From a virus: DNA of 64,000 nucleotides. Below the pieces are notes generated by a model. It saw only the letters and a list, made by a program, of their open reading frames with translations. It did no database searches and was not told the origin of the DNA. Positions 50,501 to 58,147 of this stretch are shown one piece after another (the stretch's first letter is position 1; each line of letters opens with the position of its first letter). Made by a program: the position numbers and the translations under genes. Where the stretch lies: positions 14,381-78,380 of the IMG/VR virus record IMGVR_UViG_3300031456_000002. The stretch is one strand, 5' to 3'.

Positions 50501-51085
50501 AATAATAGTCTTACGTTTAATGGAATGTTTAATTACAGAATAAATGCTAATTCATTTGTCCTTGATAAGACCACAGCAACCGCGCCATATTCTTTCACCG
50601 TTTTGGGTACCGATAATAGATTTCTGTTGGCGTATACACCAACTCCGGCTACATATAGCAAAGGGGCAGGAATAGTTATAGATACTAACAATAATACCAG
50701 CTTAGGATCACAAATACCTACGGCTGCTCCATTATATGCGGTGGGTAATTCTGCATTTTTTAATGGATTTCAAAACCAAGCCGGTAATTTCTATCGAGTA
50801 GATGCAATAACAAGTAATGTAACAGCGGCGTTAGATGATTATTACTTTAGAATCGATGCAACCTCTGGGAATATAACAATAACGCTGCCAGCGGCCAGCA
50901 CTGCATTTGGATCGAGCATGGGCCTCCATTATGTATTTAAAAGAATTGATGCATCTGGGAATACAGTCACGATAGCGAGAAGTGGATCGGACGTAATCGA
51001 CGGGGCAACATCTATCACATTAACAACCCAATATGAGGTAAAAGAACTTCAATGTTCGAGTGCCTCAACATGGGATATTAAATAA
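47573..51085 (+). CDS. tail fibre/spike with beta-helix domain and N-terminal signal peptide
   Basis: GTVTSV, QYIRGNG, DAKGRITAASNG fibre motifs; YV..LGSD..G....PAKPFATI beta-helix cap; C-terminal DATSGNITITLP domain; MRYVIYIVLFLCVCQCAIG-Q leader. Confidence 0.8.
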   Translation: MRYVIYIVLFLCVCQCAIGQSNPSGFPTQNSTGWFRHGWDQSDSGTVLAPRLPNFTPRFPGTTILYQNAGTDTSIHYWTGGRWIKISAAGTDTTSLSNRINLKLNISDTIGAWLAQSTRLVDTMYRVNDSTVGYTIKGSPYTFQILGGFSGGGGGSGTVTSVALSMPSAFTVTGSPITGAGTFAVTGAGTSLQYIRGNGTLATFDTTAIPNFYLKVRGLLTGTSPITFSQTTGAIGINNATATGTKGAAAFTGSFSDNGSGLIDLLSLITASSCTNCNLTFDAKGRITAASNGSGGSGSSDTAFNGLTKIADTIQLGGAFTKIDTLDAGLFHLKITGARVGGGVLEVNNTGSDYAATFESAGSNTILATASTGNYVADLLMNSSSTNDVEAILKIRRESTSTPVNGIGGAIDYVTESTAATTTSNRLISIWTDATTGSRTSQFEIWGVNNATTARKSAIAGNGQWTWDGYPALTQQTDTTNIKPIGYNTTTGLIQPMANWMGGGGSVDTVFSTYVAYVDTLGSDVTGAINNPAKPFATINGALIATSSLFICTVSIGMGTFNAPDSANMRSNIWFRGSGMPAANDTVTVNAYYNNTIQAPTKLLGGTIIRGSFIIPFNRENIHCTDFGVDVGSNWVTNFNSGTEVDGFLCAQYFNPAGGQPSADGKHQLQINTKPRRGMLFQNIRVLLASPTSPFHAFLIENTINPEADNIYTTYGFAGVVIKTIGGIYTNIHTRSHGTYHIILKSNDYSFCYGVLVNGFECSTSGLGFTIDQGDPGSPGIYWCNVSNGFINLTGGGMNITGDNMNISNINLVQAGSVLSTGLIRSNVNNITQRLSGGYGFDINTGSVLANGATTWSNCTAIGSTLDGFFVHAGSARNDFESITSGENTSYGFNTNGTAWIGNHNYYSNTAGVTLGTIHNRVEITGLITNGSGISISGDGSEASPYNISASGGSQTWQQTLTTGSTLTGNNTVTGGNNSLTFNGMFNYRINANSFVLDKTTATAPYSFTVLGTDNRFLLAYTPTPATYSKGAGIVIDTNNNTSLGSQIPTAAPLYAVGNSAFFNGFQNQAGNFYRVDAITSNVTAALDDYYFRIDATSGNITITLPAASTAFGSSMGLHYVFKRIDASGNTVTIARSGSDVIDGATSITLTTQYEVKELQCSSASTWDIK

Positions 51086-51091
51086 AGTTAT

Positions 51092-51445
51092 ATGGTAAAG
51101 AATTTAAGATATAAAATATTATCATTTTCTTTAGGGCTGATTGCTGTAGTTATGGCGATTGCTTATTCGCCTAAAGCATACGCCCCAAGTATATCTACCT
51201 CAGCAACTCTTAATTTTGGTGCTACACTTCCTGCTAGTAGTACAGACTTAACAATGACCGTAACAGGGGCTGTTATAGGAGATGTTGTTATATTAGGAGT
51301 GCCAAATGGATCAATGCCCGCTAATGGAGGTTTTACGGCTTGGATAAGTGCAACAAATAATGCAACCGTTAGATATTTTAACATGGATGCTTTATCGACA
51401 TTAGACCCTTCATCGGGTAGCTTCAAAATAACAGTTATAAAATAA
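51092..51445 (+). CDS. signal/anchor-bearing fibre-tip-like protein
   Basis: Basic plus hydrophobic N-terminus; SATLNFG...TVTGAVIGDVV...AWISA.N..TVR domain. Confidence 0.65.
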   Translation: MVKNLRYKILSFSLGLIAVVMAIAYSPKAYAPSISTSATLNFGATLPASSTDLTMTVTGAVIGDVVILGVPNGSMPANGGFTAWISATNNATVRYFNMDALSTLDPSSGSFKITVIK

Positions 51446-51448
51446 TAT

Positions 51449-52171
51449 ATGGCACAAAGAGTTTATAATTCAGCCGAAACTAAAGCAGATTTGTATGCCC
51501 TTATCCCTGCTGATGGGCAAACTGATTTATTAATGAGCGATACTACATTAGGAGATATCCCATTTGCATTATGGCAATATGATGCCAGTTCAAGTGCTAC
51601 AGATAATTTTGCAGCAGGAGTTATTAAACCTACTCTACAGGGTGGTAATGGTAGATGGTTGCGAAGAGGGTATTATGAAAATCCGATAGGGACATTATTC
51701 ATGTGGGGAACCAATACGGCACCAGGCGGATATTTACTATGTGATGGTAGTGCGGTTTCAAGAACAACTTATTCTGAATTGTTTGCGGCAATAGGAACCA
51801 CTTTTGGGGTAGGGGATGGGTCAACTACTTATAATGTTCCGGATTTTACTCAACGATTCCCACTGGGTAAAGCATCAAGTGGAACTGGCAATACATTGGG
51901 CTCAACAGGAGGCACTATAGATCATTTACATGCAGCAAACCCACCATCAACAGGTAGCTCTACTGATGGCTCACATAATCATGGAGGCGTTACCGGAACG
52001 CCTAGCGCAACAGTGGCAGCAACAAATTTAACGGGATCTGCTGCCAGCACCACCCATACACATAGTATTTCAACTGATGGATCACATTCGCATACGGTAG
52101 ATATAGCATCATTTAATACTGGAACCGAAAACCCGCCATTTCTGGCAATTCGCTTCATCATAAAATATTAA
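51449..52171 (+). CDS. tail collar domain fibre protein
   Basis: PIGT..MW....AP.GYLLCDGSAVSRTTYSELFAAIGTTFG.GDGSTTYNVPD; HTH/HSH repeats; PPFLAIRFIIKY. Confidence 0.92.
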   Translation: MAQRVYNSAETKADLYALIPADGQTDLLMSDTTLGDIPFALWQYDASSSATDNFAAGVIKPTLQGGNGRWLRRGYYENPIGTLFMWGTNTAPGGYLLCDGSAVSRTTYSELFAAIGTTFGVGDGSTTYNVPDFTQRFPLGKASSGTGNTLGSTGGTIDHLHAANPPSTGSSTDGSHNHGGVTGTPSATVAATNLTGSAASTTHTHSISTDGSHSHTVDIASFNTGTENPPFLAIRFIIKY

Positions 52172-52175
52172 GCAA

Positions 52176-52472
52176 ATGACCGAATTACTACTTTTAGGAC
52201 AAGCTGGCGTAATGCTGCATTATTTGAAAGAATTTGTAGTAGCCAATAATCAAGGCAAAAAGTATGAATTGAAAAAATCAATTCCAATGGCTTTGTTGTC
52301 TAGTATTACAACCGCATTGTTGGTATATCTAAAAGATGATATTGCTGATTTATATGTAGTAACTAAATTTGGCGCGGTGGTGCTAGGTTATGTCGGGAAT
52401 AGTACTTTCTTTTCATTTATTGATGTTCGGAAGCCAAAAGTAATTGATGATTCTTCAAACATAAAACCATAA
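52176..52472 (+). CDS. membrane protein, holin-like
   Basis: 98 aa with 2-3 hydrophobic segments. Confidence 0.55.
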   Translation: MTELLLLGQAGVMLHYLKEFVVANNQGKKYELKKSIPMALLSSITTALLVYLKDDIADLYVVTKFGAVVLGYVGNSTFFSFIDVRKPKVIDDSSNIKP

Positions 52473-52476
52473 ATTA

Positions 52477-52734
52477 ATGTCACCAAAACAGAAATTAACC
52501 GATTTGAGGCAACAGCTAGAAAGATGGAGATCAAACAATGAAGTTCATGCAAAACCAGCAGATAACATTCTGTATGAGTTTTTAAGTGACCTTTTAAAAT
52601 TGGCAGATTATGATGAACAACCAGAATCGGTGCCATCAATCGAAGCCCCAGCGGTGGCGGATGAGGCCCAAACAGAAAGCGATGATGAAGATGAAGGTGG
52701 CAATTCGCCAGACACTCCACCGGATTTACCATAA
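52477..52734 (+). CDS. hypothetical acidic protein
   Basis: Operon packing. Confidence 0.65.
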   Translation: MSPKQKLTDLRQQLERWRSNNEVHAKPADNILYEFLSDLLKLADYDEQPESVPSIEAPAVADEAQTESDDEDEGGNSPDTPPDLP

Positions 52735-53083
52735 CATCCCCAAGATAGCAATAGGCTGGTATTTAACCGGTCTATTGTTGTTTCATACAAAAGCCGACTT
52801 TTCGAACCCTATGTGGGCCAAAGCGTACTATAGTTGGCAAAAAGAAAGTGATTGTTTATTTTTATTAGCATTATATTATTTAGTACCAAGCTATAGAAAA
52901 CCCTTAACTCCAATTATTATTTACTCAATAATAAGATTATGCTTTCAAGTAATTGGTTTCTTTCGAAAAACGGGGCAAAACGATCCATTTATAGTGACAA
53001 CTCTATATCTCATCGCACTAACTATAGCAGTTTACCTCACAATAAAACAGCTCCAAAAAGAATGGAAACAAAACTCATTTTGA
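52691..53083 (+). CDS. multi-pass membrane protein (start uncertain)
   Basis: About 4 hydrophobic segments; overlaps both neighbours. Confidence 0.6.
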   Translation: MKVAIRQTLHRIYHNIPKIAIGWYLTGLLLFHTKADFSNPMWAKAYYSWQKESDCLFLLALYYLVPSYRKPLTPIIIYSIIRLCFQVIGFFRKTGQNDPFIVTTLYLIALTIAVYLTIKQLQKEWKQNSF

Positions 53084-53280
53084 CGATAATGACATGGCTG
53101 GGAGTTAGTTCATATATAGGCGCTATTTGGTTAAATGTAGGTAGCTGGAAGGCGGACGTTCTTTGGTTTTTGGCGCTTATGTTTGGAGTGGTAAAGTTTA
53201 TTCGCTACAGTATGAAAACATGGCAAGACTTTAGAAAGGGGGAACTTGAAATAAAAGCGCAAAAGAAAAAGATTAAATAG
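53062..53280 (+). CDS. 2-TM holin-like protein
   Basis: METKLILTIMTWLG...; two TM segments and a basic C-terminus. Confidence 0.6.
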   Translation: METKLILTIMTWLGVSSYIGAIWLNVGSWKADVLWFLALMFGVVKFIRYSMKTWQDFRKGELEIKAQKKKIK

Positions 53281-53301
53281 TATTCCTTGGAAAACTACCA
53301 G

Positions 53302-53329
53302 AAAGCCAGGAGCAGTGTCCTGGCTTTTT
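53302..53329 (+). terminator. intrinsic terminator
   Basis: AAAGCCAGGA-N6-TCCTGGCTTTTT. Confidence 0.85.
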
Positions 53330-53336
53330 GAATTTA

Positions 53337-53368
53337 TTTGACCGTCTCAAAGTGTATCACTAACTTAG
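53337..53368 (+). promoter_or_regulatory. Bacteroidota-type promoter (variant -7 box)
   Basis: TTTG-N20-TAACTTAG; ATG at 53377. Confidence 0.6.
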
Positions 53369-53376
53369 CGACTATT

Positions 53377-53529
53377 ATGGAATTATTGAACGGGGTAGAG
53401 GCGGTTAAAAAACTAAAAATAAGTCGGGCGACATTTTACCGCTGGATTAAAAAAGGCATTATAAAACCCAAGATAATGGGGGATTTAAAACGATATCGAA
53501 TTAATGATCTAAATAAATTATTGAAATAA
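53377..53529 (+). CDS. excisionase/MerR-like HTH protein
   Basis: LLNGVEAVKKLKISRATFYRWIKKG..KP.......RY. Confidence 0.85.
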   Translation: MELLNGVEAVKKLKISRATFYRWIKKGIIKPKIMGDLKRYRINDLNKLLK

Positions 53530-54297
53530 ATGTTGACACTTAAATTGCCATCATGGGCTTGGATAGGAATATTTATAGGGATCGGAGTGCTTTTATTTTC
53601 CATGATTCGTGGGTGCAAACAATCTAAAATACAATTAGCCGAAAACAACATACTGAAAGCCCTTAATGGGGAATTGCAAAATACTATTGCAAGCGATAAG
53701 GCAATTACAGATAGTTCCAATAAATTATTTAAAGATACATTGGAATTTGAAAGAGGGCAAACTGCATTGATCAAAGGGCAAAAGGAAAGAACGGAATCTG
53801 AATTACGAGATATAACAAAGGAAAACAAAGCGCTGATTGCTAGGTACAAATTAAACGACTATACTGATACCGCCACAACCTTAGTACCGAACGATTTCAT
53901 CGCTGACTGCCAAGGATGCTTTGTTAATTTAGAAAAGACTACAGATTTGGTAGATAAATACAAGAAAGATGTTAATAATCTACAAAATAACTGGGACAAA
54001 CAAACTGCTATTTATCAAAAAAGATTCAAGGAATTGGATGCAGAAAAACTAGGATTCTACAATAGAATAAATACTTTAGCCAAAGAGCAACAAAAGGTTA
54101 TCGATCAACTAAAGCCTCATGGTAGATTGTATTTAACTTGGGGAGTGCTTTGGCGCGGATTACCTTCGGCGGCAGGGGCGGGCCTGATGTATCAAAATAA
54201 ACGTAACCTTATATGGGCCGCTACATGGTATTATGGTGCGAATGGCACTACTATACAAACAACTATTAATTTCCCATTATCACTAAAAATTAGATAA
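53530..54297 (+). CDS. spanin-like envelope protein
   Basis: N-terminal TM, long coiled coil with CQGC, C-terminal amphipathic beta strands; in lysis operon. Confidence 0.6.
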   Translation: MLTLKLPSWAWIGIFIGIGVLLFSMIRGCKQSKIQLAENNILKALNGELQNTIASDKAITDSSNKLFKDTLEFERGQTALIKGQKERTESELRDITKENKALIARYKLNDYTDTATTLVPNDFIADCQGCFVNLEKTTDLVDKYKKDVNNLQNNWDKQTAIYQKRFKELDAEKLGFYNRINTLAKEQQKVIDQLKPHGRLYLTWGVLWRGLPSAAGAGLMYQNKRNLIWAATWYYGANGTTIQTTINFPLSLKIR

Positions 54298-54298
54298 T

Positions 54299-54511
54299 AT
54301 GGCAACTGAGAAAAAGACAAATGTCCCTTTAATTATATGCATAATAGCCTTTGTGGCTGGCATGGGAATTGGCGCATGGGGGCTGATAAAAGTAGATTGT
54401 ATTGGCCCTGATTGCTGGGTTGGTAGTGGCTTTCTAATGTGGACTGGCGGTATCATGATTGTAGGTGGACTGATTGGCATGGCAGCAATCGGTGGAAAAA
54501 CTAAGCGATGA
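54299..54511 (+). CDS. 2-TM membrane protein
   Basis: Two Gly-rich TM helices with a CIGPDC loop. Confidence 0.7.
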   Translation: MATEKKTNVPLIICIIAFVAGMGIGAWGLIKVDCIGPDCWVGSGFLMWTGGIMIVGGLIGMAAIGGKTKR

Positions 54512-54909
54512 CGTTTATAATTAACCAATTCATTTTAGCCTTCTGGAACTTCATTAATAGCCGGATTGATGCCTATCGTATTCTTAAAAATAAGGCAATC
54601 GCGCATGGTATCAACTTTGGCGCTTATGCTATATTGGTGGGAATGTTAATATGGTTGTTTAAAATGAATTGGCCAAATGGAATTTTGTTTTGTATCAGTG
54701 CATTCGCGAACCGACAACTTAGTTTCGATATTCCACTTAATTTGCGTAGGCATCTGAAATGGTACTATCGAAGCTCCGCTAATCCTCCCAAAGCCTTATT
54801 AGATCGAATAGAAAGAAAGATATTCCCATATGGTAGTGGGGAAGAGATAGTGGTTTTTTATGTATTCCTATGGGTGGCTACCATTGTGATTAAAACTATA
54901 CTTCTGTGA
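54508..54909 (+). CDS. multi-pass membrane protein
   Basis: Hydrophobic segments; FDI.LN..R...WYY motif. Confidence 0.7.
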   Translation: MTFIINQFILAFWNFINSRIDAYRILKNKAIAHGINFGAYAILVGMLIWLFKMNWPNGILFCISAFANRQLSFDIPLNLRRHLKWYYRSSANPPKALLDRIERKIFPYGSGEEIVVFYVFLWVATIVIKTILL

Positions 54910-55505
54910 CAATAACAACTGACATATTAAAGGCTATTGCACCAGGGAGTAAGAAAAGTAACTATAAGCATTTGCCGGGGCTGGCTTTGTGGATGAATCA
55001 TTGGTTCCCTATATTTGAAATTGATACTAAAGGGGAGATATGCCATATATTAGCGCAGTTGGCCCATGAGAGCGATTCATTCAACGCCATGGAGGAATAT
55101 GCCAGCGGCAAAGCATATGAGGGCAGAAAGGATTTGGGTAATACACAGCCAGGGGATGGAGTAAAGTTCAAAGGAAGAGGACCATTGCAGGTTACTGGTA
55201 AAGTAAATTATAGTTTAATGGGAATAAAGGCGAAAGCCCCATTGAAATTCATAAATGACCCTAAGCTATTAGCTACTCCGGAATGGGGTGTTTGGTCAGC
55301 TTGCGTATTTTGGACAGAAAAGGGGTTATTGGATATTTCCAATATGGATGATGGCGAAAGAATTTGGGTAAAGAAACTTAACGAAAGCCTCGCACCCATA
55401 GAATATATTACCTATCGAGTAAATGGAGGCTTTAATGGATATCAGGAAAGATTGAAATTATATACAAAGGCTAAATCAAGCATAAGCATAACTATTTTTT
55501 CATAA
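54906..55505 (+). CDS. glycoside hydrolase family 19 endolysin
   Basis: LAQLAHES, YEGRKDLGN.QPGDG.KFKGRG.LQVTG..NY, VNGG.NG..ER. Confidence 0.93.
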   Translation: MTITTDILKAIAPGSKKSNYKHLPGLALWMNHWFPIFEIDTKGEICHILAQLAHESDSFNAMEEYASGKAYEGRKDLGNTQPGDGVKFKGRGPLQVTGKVNYSLMGIKAKAPLKFINDPKLLATPEWGVWSACVFWTEKGLLDISNMDDGERIWVKKLNESLAPIEYITYRVNGGFNGYQERLKLYTKAKSSISITIFS

Positions 55506-55581
55506 TCATGTAGCAGTAAATACTGACAACGGGCCTTTATTCTTATTGGCCCATTTTTATTATAACCCCTAAATCAACCAC

Positions 55582-55950
55582 ATGCGTATACTATTCCTCC
55601 TATTAGCCCCATTGCTGGGTTATTCTCAATTGGATACCACATTGTCATATCGTCAAAAAGAAGTCCATAGCATCAATATAGGGGCCGATACTGCCTCATT
55701 AAACTGGGTGATTGATACGATAAAGTACAGTGCAGATTTTGAAATAAAATTCAACAAGGCAAAAAATAGCATTGCAATAGACGGGTATGGAACTTATAAA
55801 TATATTCAATACTTTTTGCATTCGTCTTCGGGCCGTCCTACGTATACCCTGTCAAATGGTGGTGAATTAAGCTGGATTGCCGGTTCAGTAATTTGGGCTT
55901 GGCCCATTGTGAATAGAAAAACAAAGACCATAATATTTGAGATTAAATGA
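55582..55950 (+). CDS. exported hypothetical protein
   Basis: MRILFLLLAPLLGYS-Q leader; DTT, DTA and DTI sequons. Confidence 0.7.
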   Translation: MRILFLLLAPLLGYSQLDTTLSYRQKEVHSINIGADTASLNWVIDTIKYSADFEIKFNKAKNSIAIDGYGTYKYIQYFLHSSSGRPTYTLSNGGELSWIAGSVIWAWPIVNRKTKTIIFEIK

Positions 55951-55990
55951 AAAAACGGCTACACTCCAAGAAAAGAGTTATGCCGTTTAA
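55951..55990. terminator. hairpin between convergent late and early blocks
   Basis: AAACGGC..ACTC...GAGT..GCCGTTT. Confidence 0.6.
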
Positions 55991-56006
55991 TATCTACGAG
56001 AATGAA

Positions 56007-56372
56007 TTAACGTAAGGCTTTTAATGCGCTGTCTAGCTCCAATATATTCATGTCGTTATCCAATTCCTTTCCAGCTTCATGGTTGATGGCTATATTCAGC
56101 GCTTCCCATTGACATGTTTTGTAATTCAATGCGAAGTTATCCCAACTATAAGAGGCTCCATTATCTTCTATTACCAGTTCTGCCCCATCGAAATGAAACC
56201 CATCAATACAGGCCAATGTATACAATTTTCTTGCAGTTTCTTCCGGGGATAAAATAAGATGTAGCTCTTTAAGTGTATAGCTGTCTGTTCGTTCATAAGA
56301 AACGGTCATTCCTTTATGATTCAATTTCCAGTTACGAACGATAACGGCTTTTCTTAATGTTTCAGTTGTCAT
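56007..56372 (-). CDS. hypothetical protein
   Basis: Last gene of the minus-strand block. Confidence 0.7.
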   Translation of the reverse strand: MTTETLRKAVIVRNWKLNHKGMTVSYERTDSYTLKELHLILSPEETARKLYTLACIDGFHFDGAELVIEDNGASYSWDNFALNYKTCQWEALNIAINHEAGKELDNDMNILELDSALKALR

Positions 56373-56405
56373 GTTGTTTGGGTTTATGTGATTATTGCCT
56401 CAGTC

Positions 56406-56783
56406 TTATGCTTGTTCAGGATAATTTATGTATGCCCAGTGTGTGGGAATGTAATTAGCGGGGCATGCCCATCCCAAAGGCTCATTATCGCGAGTATAAT
56501 GATACATCATAGCCTTAACTTTCAGTCCGTCTGTAGTTAATACTTCTTCGGAAAAATACGAAGATGTATATTCTAGCTCAACTAAAGGAGGCAAAGAATC
56601 TGCGCAATTAAACCATGCAATGGTTCCTTTTGTTGGGTCGAAATCAGCCCTTAACCTTACCAATCTATCTACATAGTATTTGCATTCCTTTAACCCGAAT
56701 CCAGTTTCCGTTTTTACATATTTAACCGCGTTTAATATTCCATAGCGATCAAATTGAATGAGTACTTCTTTTTCGTTTAGCAT
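56406..56783 (-). CDS. bL12 C-terminal-like domain fused to DUF551-like domain
   Basis: ILNAVKYVKTETGFGLKECKYYVD; W..C.DSLP...VL...THW....P. Confidence 0.6.
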   Translation of the reverse strand: MLNEKEVLIQFDRYGILNAVKYVKTETGFGLKECKYYVDRLVRLRADFDPTKGTIAWFNCADSLPPLVELEYTSSYFSEEVLTTDGLKVKAMMYHYTRDNEPLGWACPANYIPTHWAYINYPEQA

Positions 56784-57056
56784 TTATATGCATTTAATTG
56801 GTTCATAATAAGAATACACTATAGCCCCATCAGGAGCCAGAATAAGAATCTTGCCATCGGGTATACTTCTGGTAAATCCATAACCAAATCCACTTATCCC
56901 ACGGCGTTCTTTGCATGGGTCTTTGGATTTTCGTCTAGTTACTGTACAGGAACAGGCCATAACAATGAAAGCAATGATCAGTATAAGAGCCGGCAGCCCT
57001 ATCCAAAAGGTTACTGCGTCTCTACGGTAATCGTGTGGGGTAGGTTTGGTGTTCAT
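56784..57056 (-). CDS. membrane/lipoprotein-like hypothetical protein
   Basis: TM segment ending MACSC. Confidence 0.6.
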   Translation of the reverse strand: MNTKPTPHDYRRDAVTFWIGLPALILIIAFIVMACSCTVTRRKSKDPCKERRGISGFGYGFTRSIPDGKILILAPDGAIVYSYYEPIKCI

Positions 57057-57077
57057 TTATGCATTAATTTATTTGGG

Positions 57078-57230
57078 TTAATTTTCAACTTCAAGAATAA
57101 TATAAGCGATACCAACGAGAATTATACTAGTACAACAATAAATAGAGAATAGTATGGCATCCCCAAAAATTGCGCTCACAATAGCAACGCCGAAGAGCAA
57201 AACAGCTATGATTGCAAATGTCTTATACAT
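57078..57230 (-). CDS. 50-aa 2-TM protein, not in ORF track
   Basis: MYKTFAIIAVLLFGVAIVSAIFG...; fills the gap. Confidence 0.55.
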   Translation of the reverse strand: MYKTFAIIAVLLFGVAIVSAIFGDAILFSIYCCTSIILVGIAYIILEVEN

Positions 57231-57233
57231 ATC

Positions 57234-57551
57234 TTATATATTTATTTTAGCCCATTTAACAATTAATTGCGCATCATCTTTATTTAGATAGATGTTGTAT
57301 TGTTTATATACTCCATGTCTATCTTTTTTTCGTGTGCAATTATATCGGGTGATTAACTGCTCCCATTTTTGCAGAATAACCTTAGCTATACTTTCATTGC
57401 AGCACTCAATTTTTGCCACGGTCTTGATATAGCTTATGGTAGTTTCATCGGCCAGTAATACTTTGGTTGAATCTTGGGCGCTAGCTTTTAATGTAAATGC
57501 ACCCATAAGAGAAATAACCAGAAACACAATAATCAAGAGATTCTTTTTCAT
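57234..57551 (-). CDS. exported hypothetical protein
   Basis: MKKNLLIIVFLVISLMGAFTLKASA-QDST. Confidence 0.75.
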   Translation of the reverse strand: MKKNLLIIVFLVISLMGAFTLKASAQDSTKVLLADETTISYIKTVAKIECCNESIAKVILQKWEQLITRYNCTRKKDRHGVYKQYNIYLNKDDAQLIVKWAKINI

Positions 57552-57569
57552 GTTGGTAGTTTTGTTGAA

Positions 57570-57848
57570 TTAATTTAATGATGTGAATGATTCATAATCA
57601 GTAACCCCATCAACGGCTAATAGTTGGAATGGGCAGTCAATCGCCTTATTCCTTATAATCATTATCTTTTTTTTCTTACCTATTTTATACTCCCATACAA
57701 AATCGAATAGCGCTATTATTGGGAATATTTCTAATTCGTAAGTAAGACCACGGGCATATAACCTTTTTGGACTGTAAAAGTTAGCATGCTTTTGACTACT
57801 TCCGGAAAAATGGAGCGGGTAGTATTGGTGAAATTCTGGAATATCCAT
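57570..57848 (-). CDS. hypothetical protein
   Basis: Operon packing. Confidence 0.55.
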   Translation of the reverse strand: MDIPEFHQYYPLHFSGSSQKHANFYSPKRLYARGLTYELEIFPIIALFDFVWEYKIGKKKKIMIIRNKAIDCPFQLLAVDGVTDYESFTSLN

Positions 57849-57866
57849 TTTTGATTGCTTTTTGCC

Positions 57867-58130
57867 TCAGTCTTGTAGTTGTTCAAGTTCATTATCAATC
57901 TGCTCTGCCAGTTCTTCAAACCCTTCACAAAGCAATACTGGCATTCCCTCTTTGACCAGTCGGATTAGATTAAACAATTGTGCTTTCTGCCATTCAGCAC
58001 CAGCCTGAAAAGCAATGTTATCTATTTCCTGAGCGCTTCTGTTTAATTGTACGTGTGTTACACATGCACGCCGCGAATGATTCCCGGCAGCTTGTTCTAA
58101 TGTTAGTGGTAAACTATCCTTATTTTCCAT
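57867..58130 (-). CDS. hypothetical protein (AFQAGAEW motif)
   Basis: TLEQAA...AFQAGAEWQK pattern common in Bacteroidota phages. Confidence 0.7.
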   Translation of the reverse strand: MENKDSLPLTLEQAAGNHSRRACVTHVQLNRSAQEIDNIAFQAGAEWQKAQLFNLIRLVKEGMPVLLCEGFEELAEQIDNELEQLQD

Positions 58131-58147
58131 GTATCAATGTTTTATTT

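Noticed and set aside
47573-52171. Diversity-generating retroelement targeting the fibres
   Set aside because: No reverse transcriptase and no template/variable repeat pair noticed in this window
53377-53529. Excision/integration module
   Set aside because: Only an Xis-like HTH is present, with no integrase or att site nearby; it heads the lysis operon and is more likely a regulator
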